From the NCBI GenBank assembly GCA_024679065.1, contig JAGIQG010000011.1:45012001-45076000 (forward strand): DNA of 64,000 nucleotides, read 5' to 3'. The notes under the pieces were generated by a model. It saw nothing but the letters and a program-made list of their open reading frames with translations, did no database searches and was not told the origin of the DNA. The stretch is from Sphyrna mokarran (taxonomy: Eukaryota). Every line of letters begins with the position of its first letter. The stretch's first letter is position 1. Shown piece by piece: positions 25,940 through 39,230 of this stretch. The translations under genes were made by a program, and so were the position numbers.

Positions 25940-27002
25940 CTTGAAAAAAAGATTGAAAATGAAGATGAGAAAACTGGAGCGTGACAATGGGATCATTTTC
26001 TCAAAAAGAGACTCCTGCTTCATGGCAGTTTGCCCTGAGTGTTACAGTGTCGACCCTTCCTGAGTCATCAGACAAACCCCAAGGCTGCTGCAATATTTCT
26101 TCAAATGCCCTTTTGAACTTAACATTGCCAACTTCTAAGTTCTTAGGAACACTGTTAACTCAAAGGACTAACCCGAGTAACAGCTTGCTGTTTTGTAGCC
26201 CCTGACTGAACATCTCTAATGTCACAAATTCATGACTGAAATTACTGAGTTTTGTTTAAAAGGAACAGCTTGTTTACCAGCTGAAACAAAACTGGTGCAA
26301 CCTTTACTAATTTTAATAAAGCACATAGCCTTCTTTTAATCTACATTTCCTTTTGGCAAAATGAATTATTCATTGTCAATTTAATCTACTGAGTGCAAAT
26401 ACCTAAACATGAAAGCATGCCTTGGCTTTCTGGCTCAAAGGCCTAAGTTCTACTGAAAGCAGACCTGTCTTAAATGTGAATATTACTTACAGTAAACATA
26501 ATGACAATTAGGAAACATGCAAAATTCATAGGACATAAATATTCTGAAACGTAAAATTACAACATAGGTAATATGGTGTAGATCTTAGTTATAAGAGCTT
26601 ATTGAACTACAAATGTGCCGTACATAATTACAACTAATATGGCAAAGATGTACTTATTTTTTACCCAATAACTGCTTAAATAGTGTGCATTTAATTTATC
26701 ACATTAATATAATTAAGTGCATGAATGAAATTTAGTAGTGAGTAAAATTTGATTCACTTTTGTACTATACCATGAATTTGTCTTTAAAACTGTTAAATTA
26801 TATAAAATCCACTATTCCTGCCTAATGTGAGAGTTCTGAACCCTTTCTTGACCTTACTCACAATTACCTATTGAGTCTTCTTCATTATTTCTGCTTAACT
26901 TGTCACAGCTCTCATTTCACCTTAACCTCTCTTACAGGTAATCACAAAAATCAGCAGGGAGTCATGCTGAAAGAATGATACTGTAAGTCAATAGCAGTGT
27001 AC

Positions 27003-27163
27003 CTTGGGTACGGGGTAAGATGGTCCAACAATAGCCGGATGCACAACACGGTAGGAGGTGCGTTGCCAAAAGATACATCTTATAAGCTGAACCCCAAATG
27101 GTTTGAGCTTGTGTGCAGTGGTGAATTGCGATGAGGAAATTCTGCAGCAAGCAGTCACATATT
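27003..27163 (-). CDS. METAP1D: METAP1D coding exon (ortholog of exon 2)
   Basis: Manual translation: (x)YVTACCRISSSQFTTAHKLKPFGVQLIRCIFWQRTSYRVVHPAIVGPSYPVPK. Acceptor TTTCCATAG, donor AAG|GTACAC. 161 bp, begins with 2 nt of a split codon, ends phase 0 and joins the HIKKPDY exon. The ending resembles vertebrate ...SIVLPAAVSSAHPVPK. Confidence 0.88.
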
Positions 27164-27524
27164 CTATGGAAACAAAGTCAAATTGCTTTCAGTTAAATAA
27201 AAATTGTTTTTTTAACAATGAAAACTTTATAGGTATTAAAACTCTTTGTTTCTCAAGAAAAGCAACTCATAGTAATGAAAGCACAGAAACAGATCAATCA
27301 GTCCAGTAGATCCATGCTATTATTTGTATCTCCCACAAACCTAACAAAGCTGATTTGTCCTATTAAATCAGTTGGTTAAATAATTTAGAATTGGAAAATA
27401 AGATAAAGGTCCTGCAACCTTTAAACTAGTTATATAAATGTTTTGAAATGAACTGCAGTTAACTAAGTTTTCAATAAATCAGATTTAAGATCCCTGTCTA
27501 TTTTATGATATTTTCTTACCTTAC

Positions 27525-27872
27525 ATAGGTTTATAAAATGTTGAGAGGAATAGATAGGGTGGACTCTCAGAGACTATTTCCCCGAGCTGAAATGGTCACT
27601 ACGAGAGGACACAGATTTAAGGTGCAGGGAAGCAAATACAAAGGAGATGTCAGGGGTAGGTTTTTCACTCAGAGGGTGGTGAGTGAATGGAACCGACTGC
27701 CGTCGGAGGTTGTTGAGGCAAACTCACTGGGGTCTTTTAAGAGACTTCTGGATGAGTATATGGAAAAGAATAGGATAGGGGGTTATAGATAGGTCTGTGG
27801 ATTGGTAGATGTGATCGGCGCAACTCGTGGGCCGAAGGGCCTGTTTGTGCTGTATTGTTCTATGTTCTATGT
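27525..27872 (+). mobile_element. Young 5'-truncated CR1 LINE 3' end
   Basis: ORF MLRGIDRVDSQRLFP...TRGHRFK...FFTQRVVSEWNRLP is the CR1 ORF2 C-terminus. GGGCCGAAGGGCCTG stem and (TTCTATG)n tail. Confidence 0.93.
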
Positions 27873-28741
27873 ACTAACTGATCTGTATATATGAACACTC
27901 TTGGAATCAGTTTCTTTTATTTTTACCATCCTTCATGTTTCATTGTTTCATTAAACAAAAACAATCATTTAGATTTTGTTTTATTCTTTGAAGAAGGCTA
28001 ATATCACATATATGGTGTTTGTCAGCAAGCTTATTGCTCAAGAAAAAATAAATGTAAGAATTATAAGTTTTCTTTCCAGTTTGTTTTTATGACAAATTTT
28101 CAAGTTTCCTATTAAGTACATAGTTATAAGATATAGGACCTACAGTTTTCATTCAGGTGTGCCAACCACCCGCGCACCCCCCCCCCCCACCACCACCACC
28201 ACACAATGTGCGAATCAGGTTTTCATTATCTTTTGTACTAATTTTAAAAAATTATAGCAGAAGCTGACCCACCCAGAAAACTGGCCACATCACTGATCAA
28301 ATGAATCACCAGTGCAAGTTTCTGTTAATTGTGCCAGCTTGAAGTCCTTAGAAGAGGTTCTTAAAATGAAGCCAGTTCTTTGCAATTAAGCTAATCGGCA
28401 TATTTTAAAAACCTTTTTAACATTTATTATTTTTACTTCATTAAAAAGCTCACCACTGTATATCAAGTTAACCAACAAATAGCGCTTATACTTCGATAAA
28501 GCCATTTTCCCCCAGTGGTGGACAAGGCACACAAATTAAGTTTATTGCAAAAAAAAAATCATTTTTGGTTGCGTTAAACTGCACTAAGTCACAAATCATA
28601 AAAATATCAAGGAACATCCTTCAGAGCAATTATTTTTAAAATTGCATTCTAAAATGCTGATAGTTCTGCTGGTTCATTGCAAATTTTATGATAGACAAAA
28701 CGCAAATGCATTTGAATGGAAACTTGAGGAAAAGAAACATT

Positions 28742-28877
28742 GGCCCAGATCCTCTGACCTTGCTACAGCTGGGATTCTCCAGACCTGCTGCAGTTAATGG
28801 TGATTTGGCTGAGTGCCAAACTTTCCGTTCTCACCGGCAGCAGCAGTGGGGTATGCGCAGCTGAAGAATTCTAGCCA
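28742..28877. mobile_element. Short Harbinger-type MITE
   Basis: Body homologous to 47593-47888 (GGATTCTCC...AATGG...TTGGCT.AG.GCCAAA...GAGAAT). Confidence 0.55.
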
Positions 28878-30579
28878 CAGTGCTCAAAAAGAGATGATTT
28901 TTGGGTGTAATTTTGACCTGGATCACCATATGAAAATTAACATTTGGTGCCCACATTTACACACTGCCAGAAGATACTATATTTATAACACTCAAGTACC
29001 TGTCACGATTCCGCGACAGCCTTTGTATTTCATTCAGCACACAGCTCACTTCAGTGGAGAACAGTAAGAAAATAAATACCCAAAGTAACAGCTGAATATG
29101 CATCATGTAGAACAAAATATACGTGGTATTCTAACAATTCAACTGATAATTAACAAACTACTTGTATCTAAACTCTCTCCATTGGATCAATTTTCTTACT
29201 GCCTCTCACATAACAATTAATCTATATAAGAAAAACTCTACCATTGACGACCATCCATGTAAAACAACCATACCGTATCCGAATGCTGCTGGTGCACAAG
29301 AAGTGAAGCTGCTCAAGTTCTTTTTAAAAAAATACTTTATAAATCTACTTGTTCTCTCATTATTTTCACATTTTTTTTCTCTCTGTTTTAGATCTTCTAG
29401 CATTACTTGTCCACATCAGACCAAAAGAGCAAGAACTGATCTGTGCCCAGATCTAATCTTTGCCCTATAACTGAAGTAAAAATTCTTCAAATTGAATTCT
29501 AAAATTTGGTATTTTATTTTTGTTGGAGCATACTATGCTACAAACTATACAATCAAATATCAAATCCTTACTTTGTGCTACTGCAAGTTTTGAAAAATAT
29601 TATTTCAGCTCCAAAGCATTTTTATTTAGGTGCAGCAGGACACACAGCTCCATAACTTCTTTCTACGCCATTCATACAATAGATTGATCAATATAAATGA
29701 ATTAAAGAGTTAATGTTAAAGTGATGCTTTGGGAAGTCTCTACAATTCATGGAAATAAAACTATAATTCTTGAATGTTGGTTTTACTCAAAAGAAAGTTC
29801 AAACAAAATTTCTCCTGCTGGCAGAATGTCTCATTTAGACTATATGATGGCTGGGCATGAGTTATGCCTGTAACCATATACACTGCAGAATTTCTGATCC
29901 TAATTGTCTTTCTGTACAGAGTAGTTGAGTACAGAATAGGTATTTTCTTTACTAAAGAAATGTCAGAGAGGGAAAAAGTCATGCTTACATGAGCTCCAAC
30001 TGGTCATTCACCCTTCCATTTGGCGCAGAGGAAACACAGCACATCAAGAGTTCATTATTTATTTTGTGCTGTAATATTCCAACAATACCAGTATTAAATA
30101 AGTTAGTAATCTAGGGTGGAATCTTCTGTTCTCTTTGGTGCGAGTTTGGAGATGGGAACGGCTAATTCGGCAAGTTAGTGGTGTATGGAATCCTGTTGCC
30201 TTCCCACCTCCACCAGAATGAAGCCATAGGTGGGTAAGTCCATGGTTGACACACCTGCCTCAATGTCTACTGAGGCCTTTAAGAGGCCAACCAATGACCA
30301 CTAAAGGTCTCACTTTTTTACCTCTGATATTAATCGTGTAAACATTCAGTGCACATGACAAGTAAAACTCTACAGCCAACTTGTCACCTCTGGGCTAGGG
30401 AGGAGGATGTCCCTGAATCAAAAGCACTCAATGCTTTTGGAAAGGGGGTGTCTGCTGTGAGCTGCCTCTCTGCCCTTGCTGCCAACCCCTGTTAACATGC
30501 TGTGAACCACCGCCAGTGCCACGCATATGAATTAGCCTTGGCCTGGGTCACCCAACAATCCTAAGACTGGTGGCTGTTT

Positions 30580-30800
30580 TACCCGGTTTAGCTCAGTTGG
30601 CTGGACAGCTGGTTTGTGATGCAAACCAATGCCAATTTTGCAGGTTCAGTTCCTGTACTGACTGAGGTTATTCATGAAGGCCTGCCTTTTTAAACTTGCC
30701 CCTCATCTGAGTTGTAGTAACCATCAGATTAAAAAAACACCAGTCAGCTCTCCCCCTGAAAGCAGGGATCAACCTATGATCTGTGGTGACTTTACCTTAA
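30580..30800 (+). mobile_element. tRNA-derived SINE (second family)
   Basis: A box TAGCTCAGTTGG and B box GGTTCAGTTCC at tRNA-like spacing, followed by a non-tRNA body ending GACTTTACCTT. Confidence 0.75.
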
Positions 30801-31464
30801 CATAACCACAAAGGGAAAGGCTGAGGAGAGGAGGAAATAGGATGAAGCAAAAATGAGAGAAATATTCTGGGGAGGTGAAGGACAACAGTGAGTGGACAGG
30901 GGAAGAAAAGGAAAAGGCTGATGGGAAGACAAAGAGAAACGCTGATGGAAACAAGGATTAAAGAACATAGACAAAAATAGAAGAGTTCAGAATGAAAAGT
31001 GAAGAGCAAATGGAGAACAGAGCCAGAGCTCCATCTCTGTCTTTTTGATGTAGTTGAGCAGATATAATAGATAAGCATAAACATAAGCAAATTTAATTAT
31101 AGCAGACAGGCATAATAGAAACTCAACATTGTTACAGTAAGTGTGGCACTTGCAGGAAGTCTGTGTCGTATGCAATATGTTTGACCTTGACTTTTCTCCC
31201 CTTCTTCACATGGCAGAAGTCAGGATGAACACACCCAAGGAAATAATACAATTCCGGACTTTTTTGTTATAAGTAATGCTTCGAAAGATATAAATCAATG
31301 AAGAAAAATAAATTAACATTTTGTTTATTTTTAACATTTTAAAAATTCTGAAAGATGTAAAACAGATAAAAATAATTGTAATTATTACAGCTCATATCCT
31401 AGCATTTCATCTTTATCAAATTGGCGGCGTACTTCTTCCAAGTTTGAAACTTGTAAGATTTACT

Positions 31465-31660
31465 TCATACTACAGGAGTTGAGTATATAATCTAAACTAG
31501 TACTTCAGTGCAGCATTGAGGTGAATGCTGTTATGTTAGATGTGCTTTGCTGTCTTTTCATTAAGACATTAAATTGAAGTTCCATCAATTCGGGTAAGGT
31601 GAACATGAACGATCCAGTTGTATATTTCCTCCTTCGACCAATATTATTACCAATGTTACC
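31465..31660 (+). mobile_element. Decayed Deu-domain SINE
   Basis: CAGTGCAGCATTGAGGTGAATGCTG...GTCTTTTCATTAAGACATTAAA resembles the Deu domain. Homologous to 60240-60490. Confidence 0.55.
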
Positions 31661-31699
31661 TTGTCAAGAAACTCAAAACACTTTAGTTAAAGACAATTT

Positions 31700-33900
31700 G
31701 TTTTTTAACAAATCTATACTGGTTTTCCTTAACTAATCTGCACTTGTTCAAGTGACAGTTGTTTGGATTATCATTTCTAAAAGCTTTTCCACCTACAAGG
31801 GTAAACGGACTGGTCAGCAGTCACTCAATTTACCCTTACACCCTTTTTTGAATAAGTGTGTAACATTTGCAGTTCTCCAGTCCTCATGTTTGGGAAAGAT
31901 TTTGGCAAGTATTGCAACTTCAGCCACTGCCAATCTTTCTAATACTTCCTTTATCAATTTAACTCATTCAGCATCACAACTACCTCCTCCTTCACTGACT
32001 TTGGTAGCATCTTATTCTTTGGTAAAGGCAGATGTAAAGTAGTTATTTAGTTCCTCAACCATATTTGAGTATAATTTCCTTTTTAGTTCCATAATTTCCT
32101 GAATCCTCTTCTTACTGTTTTACTATTTATATCCCTGCAGTAGATTTTGAATTCCTTTTTGGCTGCCAGTGTCTTCTCATTTTTCTTTCTTGTTTCCTTT
32201 TTCACTTTCCATTTTGGCTCTTATTTTATAATATTATCAACTTGACATCTGTCATACATATTCTTTTCAACTTCTTCTTATTTCCCATCTCTTTTGTCAT
32301 CCAGGAGCTCTAGTTTTGTTTACACCACCTTTTCCATCTGTGGGAATATGTCTTGATTGCATTCAAACCATATCCTCTTTAAAAGGCGGACCATTGTTCT
32401 ATTATAATTTTGCCTACAAAACTTTGACTCTAATTTACCTGGTATAGATCCAAATTCCCTCCACCGAAATTCACTCTCCTGTAATTAGCATTTTACTCCC
32501 GATTGCTCCTTGTACATTTCCACAGTATCCTAAAATATATAATCCAATGATCACTGTTCCCTAATATTTCACTAATTTCAGTTGATCCATATCTTTCATC
32601 CACAACCAGATTTATTAATGCCTCTTTCTCAATGGGCTAGAAATGTACCAATCAAGAAGATTCTCCCGTGCACTTTTTACAGCTCCATTCAACATCCACC
32701 ATGCTCACTTACCTTCATCCTTATAGAATGACAAATCTTTCCCTCACTCACCCTTACCAAATACATCCATACTTACTTGTATGTCTCTTCTTTCCCTCCT
32801 TATAGAAGAGGGAGAGAACCAGAGGGGACACTCAAACATCATGCAGTTGACAAGCACTACGGAAGCAAATGAGGAGATCAGTGGAGTTTTGGTGTCCCTA
32901 ATCATCCCAGATGGGAGTTCTGTGTAACCTGATCACACAATTAAATAAAATCTAACCACATCATACAGTAATCAATCATGTTGACTTGCTTTCAACAGCA
33001 AGTGAAATATGATCAGCTTCATAATGATAACTTGTAAGGTAACTTTCCAGGATCGATCTGTTATCATCCATAGGGCTTTGGTTTTGTGAAGCAGCAGTCA
33101 ATGGAGGCCGCTGACCATGAGTCCTCAGAACAGTTGAGTCCTTCTGAGAGTGCACTGTCACAAAATTCATGCAAAAATGCACCAGTTTGGCTACTCATAC
33201 TTTGGTGGGAGCAATAAGGCAGGTAATTGGGCTTTTATCTCATGATCTATACTTCACAAGTAAGCAAGAACTCAGAGAAAAATTGTTCAATTATGCATCT
33301 GGTCATGATATAATAATAATTGAGCACTGTTAGGCTTCAGTGGTTAAGTTTCTGACAGGTGTTATAAGCCAAGTTTGCTTAACAGCTATCCCAGACATTT
33401 GCTTCTTGCTGTGAAGAAGTCAGGAATCTTGGTGATCCTGAGGATGAAAGCATCATGTCCATCAATCTTATACACACCTACATATGTTGTGATTGCAGCC
33501 TAGCTACATATTGATGGAGTGGAAAGCCTTGCAATTGATGAATACTCCTGGCTATTCTGGGCGGCCTACATTGTCCCATGTACCAGTCTTCATTTCAGTA
33601 GTAAATTATGGAAGGCCAGGAAATCCTTGCACCCATATGACTGCTCTAATACTTTTTATGTGTACAGTCAATGGCTTTTGAATCACTGGGAATCCTGCAA
33701 TCCTGGCCAAGCCACTTGTCTGCTTCTCCAGCTTTTCTGATTATGGAGACTGTGAAGTCATCTCCTACATCAGTAATATATGGAAAACTTTGAGATGTTG
33801 GCAATATTGCCTGCTCAGAAGGATCTGTTGCATAGAAACTGAGGGTGATCTTTACACCCATTCTTGTCAGACCATTGACTCCCCATTGTTCCAAGCATGT
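31700..33900 (-). mobile_element. Cluster of decayed LINE fragments (CR1/L2-like, endonuclease and RT-proximal pieces)
   Basis: Pyrimidine-skewed decayed coding sequence. Around 33365-33475 the minus strand has an IAV..TWL-like endonuclease motif. Confidence 0.5.
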
Positions 33901-35220
33901 TTTTTGTGACTTTGACTGTGGAATAGTTATTTAACATTTCTTTCATTTCCAGAATCCAATTATAATATCAGCTGTTCTTTCTCTAATGGACCTAAGTTTA
34001 CTTTCACATCTCTTTCCATTAACACTTATAGAAAGATTTATACCTACAAAAAAATTACAATTTGTTTATGTGTCTTCTGCTATTCTGCTATTTTCTCTTT
34101 CTTATCAATTTCTTAGTCCTCATTTGCTGAATTCTAAAATCCTCAGGTTTACTATTCTTTCTGGCAACATTACAAGCTTTTTCCTTAGATCTAATACTAT
34201 CATTAACTTATTTTGTAGCCATAGTTGGGCCACTTTTCTCATCAGGTTTTTATAATTTAAGGGAATATATGTTTGTTGTAAATTAAGTTTTAACTCTTTA
34301 AGACAGCTATTATTTGGCAACAGTCATGTTCTATAATGTAATTACCCAATACATCTCGGCCAACTTATCTCCTACTACCATTTTGCTTTGTTCAAGTTTG
34401 TTCAGTTTCTAGACTCTTAGTTTCACATTTAATTGAATGATTTTCCAATTAAATAGAAAATTCTAAAGTTATAAAGTTTATTTATTAGTCACAAGTAAGG
34501 CTTACATTAACACTGCAATGAAGTTACAGTGAAATTCCCCTAGTCACCACACTCCGGCGCCTATATGAGTCAATGCACCTAACCAGCACATCTTTCAGAA
34601 TGTGGGAGCACCCTCAGAAAACCTACACAGATACAGAGAGAATGTGCAAACTCCACACAGACAGTGATCCAAGCCAGGAATCGAACCCGGGTCCCTGATG
34701 CTGTGAGCTAGTACTGCTAATCACTGTGCCACCAGTCCACGCACTTCTACCAATTATGGTCACTTCTCTAGAAACCTTTACCAACAGTTTATTAAATAAG
34801 CCTGTCTTAGTGCACAATAGCCTGTTCCTTAGTTGGTTCCTCAACACACTGAGCTCGAAAATATCTTGAATACATTCCACGAACTCATCCTCCACATTAT
34901 TACTGGAAATTTTGTTTTCCCAGACAATTTGAAAATTAAAGTCTTCCATGATTCCTGCATTCCCTTATAACCTCTGCATCTAATTTCCTGATTTATTCTC
35001 TGGCCTATACTACAACTGTTACAACTCCCACCAATGCTTTCTGCCCCATGCTGTTTTGTTTTTAGCTCCTCATTTTCTGAGATAAGATCCTTTCTTTCTA
35101 CAGTTGTTACCTCATCCTTTATCATCAGAGTTATGCCTCTCTTATCCTTTTACCAACCTCTTCTAAAAATTAAGTATCACAGAATATTTAGTTCCCAACT
35201 TTGGTCACATTGCAAACATT
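33900..35220 (-). mobile_element. CR1 LINE endonuclease-region fragment interrupted by a SINE
   Basis: ORF 34623..34949 MEDFNFQIVWENKISSNNVEDEFVECIQD matches the CR1 MGDFN...EF.EC..D motif. Confidence 0.75.
34465..34735 (-). mobile_element. HE1-type SINE
   Basis: Reverse complement of the 4456-4745 family. GGAATCGAACCCGGG B box. Confidence 0.85.
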
Positions 35221-35269
35221 AACACTATTAATTTCTATGTTGGAACAAGGGGATGAAAATGGACACTCC

Positions 35270-36430
35270 ATGCAGCCAGAAAAAAAAGGGAAAACTGCAG
35301 AAATCAAAGTAAAAGTCTTCTACCAGCTAAAAAGAAAGGTTATCAGTCTAAAAAAAGTGTCCAAAAAGGAAGAGCTGTAATTTCCTGCAAAACTCCAAAA
35401 GTATGAGTAATAACTCCATGGAGGCAAAAGTTACTTTATTTACACCATCTATCTGTACACAGTCATCTCTCCAGTTGCTCCCTGCTGAAATGCAGACTGG
35501 GAGTCTGACAGACCTGCTTTAAATAGGGAACACAACGCTCCCCGATTTAACCATCAAAAAAGACTCATACTCTAGCAAGCCAGCCTCATTAGGCTGGCTG
35601 AAGTCATCACAGTGTGGGAAAAGCAAAGACAGACAGAAACAACTGCTGTGGCAGTTTTTAAAAAGCTGACAGTTTTAAAGCAGTAATGCATTTAAAGTTG
35701 TACAACATTTAATGCAACAACATAAGAAGGAACAGAGGACAAGGGACAGGAAAATCAGAAAAGACCCAGATAGAGGACAACTCTGAAAAAAGGGGTCTGT
35801 AAGCAACACAAGACCTCAAGGAGGAGGCAACGCAGAAGCTCAGAGAAAGTGATAAGCCCTCAAACAAGAGACAAAGCCAGACTCAGAGTAGGCAGTAAAA
35901 GGTCCCTGAGAAGGAGGTACTGAAAAACAAAACTCAGAAAGTAGTAAGCCTGTATGGGAGAATCCCATGCAAGACAATATTTAGAACTGTGCATAGTTGA
36001 AGCTTTTTAGAAGAAATTATGTTAAGTGCAAGCCTCAAGATTTCTCCACTAAACAATTGCTACATTGATTATAAATGTTTAACTTGTGTATAATGTTTAT
36101 TTAAAATGTGGGTTGATTAAATTGATTTTGAGGATTGTACAAGAAAGTTAAAGGGGGTGAGATGTTGTGTATATGGTGTCTGTCACATTAAGGCAGTACA
36201 ACAGGTATAAGTCACTGATTTGAGACCAATAGAACCAACAGCGAGTGATCACACCAGAAGATGGAGTCCTGTCTCAGGCAGAATAACTCTTGAAGTCATG
36301 CTGTAAGCATGTAAGGACTGGAGCTGATGCTCCAGGACAACCCAGAGCTGCAAAGTCCTGTATCAAGTTTCTCTTATCAATAAATACATTTTGTTCCCAA
36401 TAAAGCCCCAAAAGCTTTCTGCCAACTTGA
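35270..36430 (+). mobile_element. Internally deleted copy of the 6130-9430 LTR element (PPT 36141-36162, LTR from 36163)
   Basis: 35612-35880 matches the reverse complement of 8140-8452, 35952-36000 matches 6520-6573, and 36220-36405 matches 6168-6350 (shared AGCATGTAAGGACTGGAGCT). Confidence 0.8.
35400..35611 (-). mobile_element. Solo LTR-like insert within the above element
   Basis: About 210 bp absent from the 6130-9430 copy. Minus strand starts TGTGATGAC and contains AATAAA. Confidence 0.55.
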
Positions 36431-37897
36431 GGCTAGATTACTCCAAGCTTTTTGACAGTGATAACAGGTTCTGTGCCAGGCCTGTCAATGTATCTAGTAC
36501 CTCTGAGAGCATGCCTTTCAGCAGTCTTTTGTATGTTATGCATCAAGTCTTTCAACTTGATTTTCTGCAGCAGAGCTTGTATATGACCTCACCCTCTGGG
36601 CAGCTGTCACATGTGCTACCTTTTCTCTTTGCCCCAGCTGCAGCCCACAATGCTGAGCCCACTTCCATGTCATTCTATAAATTTTTTCCCAGTTCCAGTA
36701 CTAGAGCTATTGGCCACAAGTGTTAGTTTCAATGACATCGCTTTTATTTTAAATCATTCATCTGCTCTTGCCCGGGCCCTTAATGGTGAGGCTGTGGTCT
36801 AGTCAGGCACCAGGTCTTCGATATCTGGAAGCAAAAACAAAGGAGTCAAAATAAGGGAAACGTGGGAATAGGTGGAAAGAAAGAAGCCATGTTTATTAGG
36901 GCCAGGGAGAGAAGTTATAAGCATGCTGCTTTTCCCCTTTCTGAACCCTTTATTCCCCTCACCATCCCACATTAAACCTCCTCTTCAATCATGCATGATG
37001 CTTTCCCATTTTGAATATTCAAGTTACAATAATATTCAAATTACAATAATATTCAGATTACAATTATTTAGGCGCTAGCATCAGATGCTGCTCGAAAGGT
37101 ACTGGTAAAATGATGGTACCCACTGTTGATATCTTGTTACAAATACTATCCAATACAAGCGGCATGAGTTACGGATATTAAGAACAGCAATGATGTAATG
37201 CAACGTTAGTTTGTGTGCGTCCTTTAAGCGATCCCACCCAGGCCATTTAAAAAAACAAAGAGTATAAATTATACTTTGTCGGCATCATACAGTATTGTTA
37301 ATTTGGCAGGATAATATCTTATTGGTTGTTTATAACATTGTACAGATGATAACAGTGATTTTGATAACTACTTAGTCCTCATTAATATGTTCTGTACATT
37401 GCACTGTACGAATATAATAACAATAAAATATACTTGAGGAAGATTCAATACACGCAACCCAGATAAACTGTTTAAGATCTTTTCCATTCCATATAAGTGT
37501 TAAAAGACTTCTCCTGCCAGGGCGCATGATATTATTCAATATAATTAGTTCAGTGAATGGGTGTAATGGGATTGATTCTATTTTATCAGCAACCTCACAG
37601 GTGGAAAGATCAAAAGACTCCCGACCAACACAGTGGAATGGCTGAACAACATAGGTCTTCGTATTTGTCACAATATTTTAATGTCAAAAATCTTACAAGA
37701 ACACCAAGATACGAGTGGAATAATAGGTTAGACAAAAGAACAAGATTGAAGTCAATGAAAAAGACACCTGAGAATCATATATAGGATAAACCAGCTTACT
37801 GATTCACTAAAACCCCATTATGCACTCCTGTCCTGGCAATTTCACCCCAAAGTCCACTCACAGAAAACTCCCATTAGCGAAAAAAAAAAGCTCCAAC

Positions 37898-38000
37898 ACA
37901 AACAGAAAATGCTGAAAAACTCAGCAGACCTGACAACATCTGTGGAGAGAGAATAGAGCCAATGTTTCGAGTCTGGAGGATCTTTCAACACAGCTCTTCT
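37898..38000 (-). repeat. Half of palindromic Penelope-like-derived element
   Basis: AAACAGAAAATGCTGAAAAACTCAGCAGACCTGACAACATCTGTGGAGAGAG...TGTTTCGAG, same family as 48465-48790. Confidence 0.7.
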
Positions 38001-39230
38001 CATCAATGCCCTTTCAACATGGATCAACGTAACTGGATGGCTTCTATTACCTCTTCCTAGAGAAACGCTGTCAATCTTGTAGAATGCATAGTATATCCAA
38101 GGTTCTTATGACAGACAACAGAACCTCATTCACTAAAGGGAGTTTCAGTTTTCATGGGTACAAATGGAGTAAGGCACATTTGCATGGCAACCTACCACCC
38201 ATCCTCAAACAGTCAGGCTGAGAGGGCACTGCAGATATTCAAACAGCATAAAGAAACAAACCACATGTTCTCTAGAAACAAAGCTCACGTTTCCTTTTTA
38301 GTAAAAGGACTATGCTGCATATGGTGACAGGAATAGCCTTGTTGAGTTACTGATGGATTGATGTCTTCGAACTAGGCTTAGCCTGATGTTCCCAAATTTG
38401 ACCACCAACATTGAGTGAAAACAAGAAGCCCAGGAAAGGGGCTGTGATGGTTAGAGAGCAGATAGAGACTTCAAACTAGAAACCATAGTCCGACACTGGA
38501 TCCTCATGGATCCCAGGAGTTCTCAAGAATAACAGGACCAGTGTCTTAAAAGGCAAAAACCAAGCAAATGATCTCAAAGAAGCACGTAGGTCACCTCTTC
38601 ACAAGCAACTTCCATAGAGACAATTGTTTCTATGGACACACCATTACTGGTGCCATTCACACCAGCCTGTGGACAAGAAACTCTCCCCTTAAGAACTCAT
38701 GAGCCAGTTATCTGGATGAAGAGGATTTTAGTTCAGAAATGGAGACAGAGGTGCTGGACGCCCAGTCAGGGGTTGCCAGTGCAGACGAGCCCCCTGTCAT
38801 GGCTCTTCAATGTATTTGCAGAAGATGTGTTCACTTGTTCGTTACATGCCTGCCCCCCCCCCCCCCAACCAAGCAGATCCTACAAGTGAGAGGGACGAAG
38901 CCATGAGCAAAGAGAAGGGAATCCCTATCATAATGGAAGCAAGGGGGAACCCTCAGACTCAGTGGGGGGAGAGTTGGGGGGGGGGGTGGATTGTGATAAT
39001 CCCGGTGAGATCCATGGGGAATCACTGATTGATCTCTCTGTGGCTCTTGTTGAATATGAATTCCCCTGGTAACAGGCATTGGCTTGTCCAGCAGGGATTC
39101 ATAACATGAATCTTTTATATTGCAAACCCAGAACTGGGCCTATTGAACAGTAGTCCAAAGCAGGGACCAACTAGTGTGTGTACACAATGGTAGTGGTTTA
39201 ACTTTGCATTTTATAATCAACTATGGTCCT
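38000..39230 (+). mobile_element. Gypsy LTR retrotransposon relic (integrase core, PPT, 3' LTR from 38992)
   Basis: TDNR..FT...F..F...NGVRHI....YHPSSNSQAERALQIFK integrase motif at 38110-38245. G-rich PPT then TGTGATAAT. LTR homologous to 9897-10093. Confidence 0.88.

Noticed and set aside
30580-30660. Possible tRNA gene
   Set aside because: A and B boxes are present but there is no cloverleaf and it continues into a SINE body.
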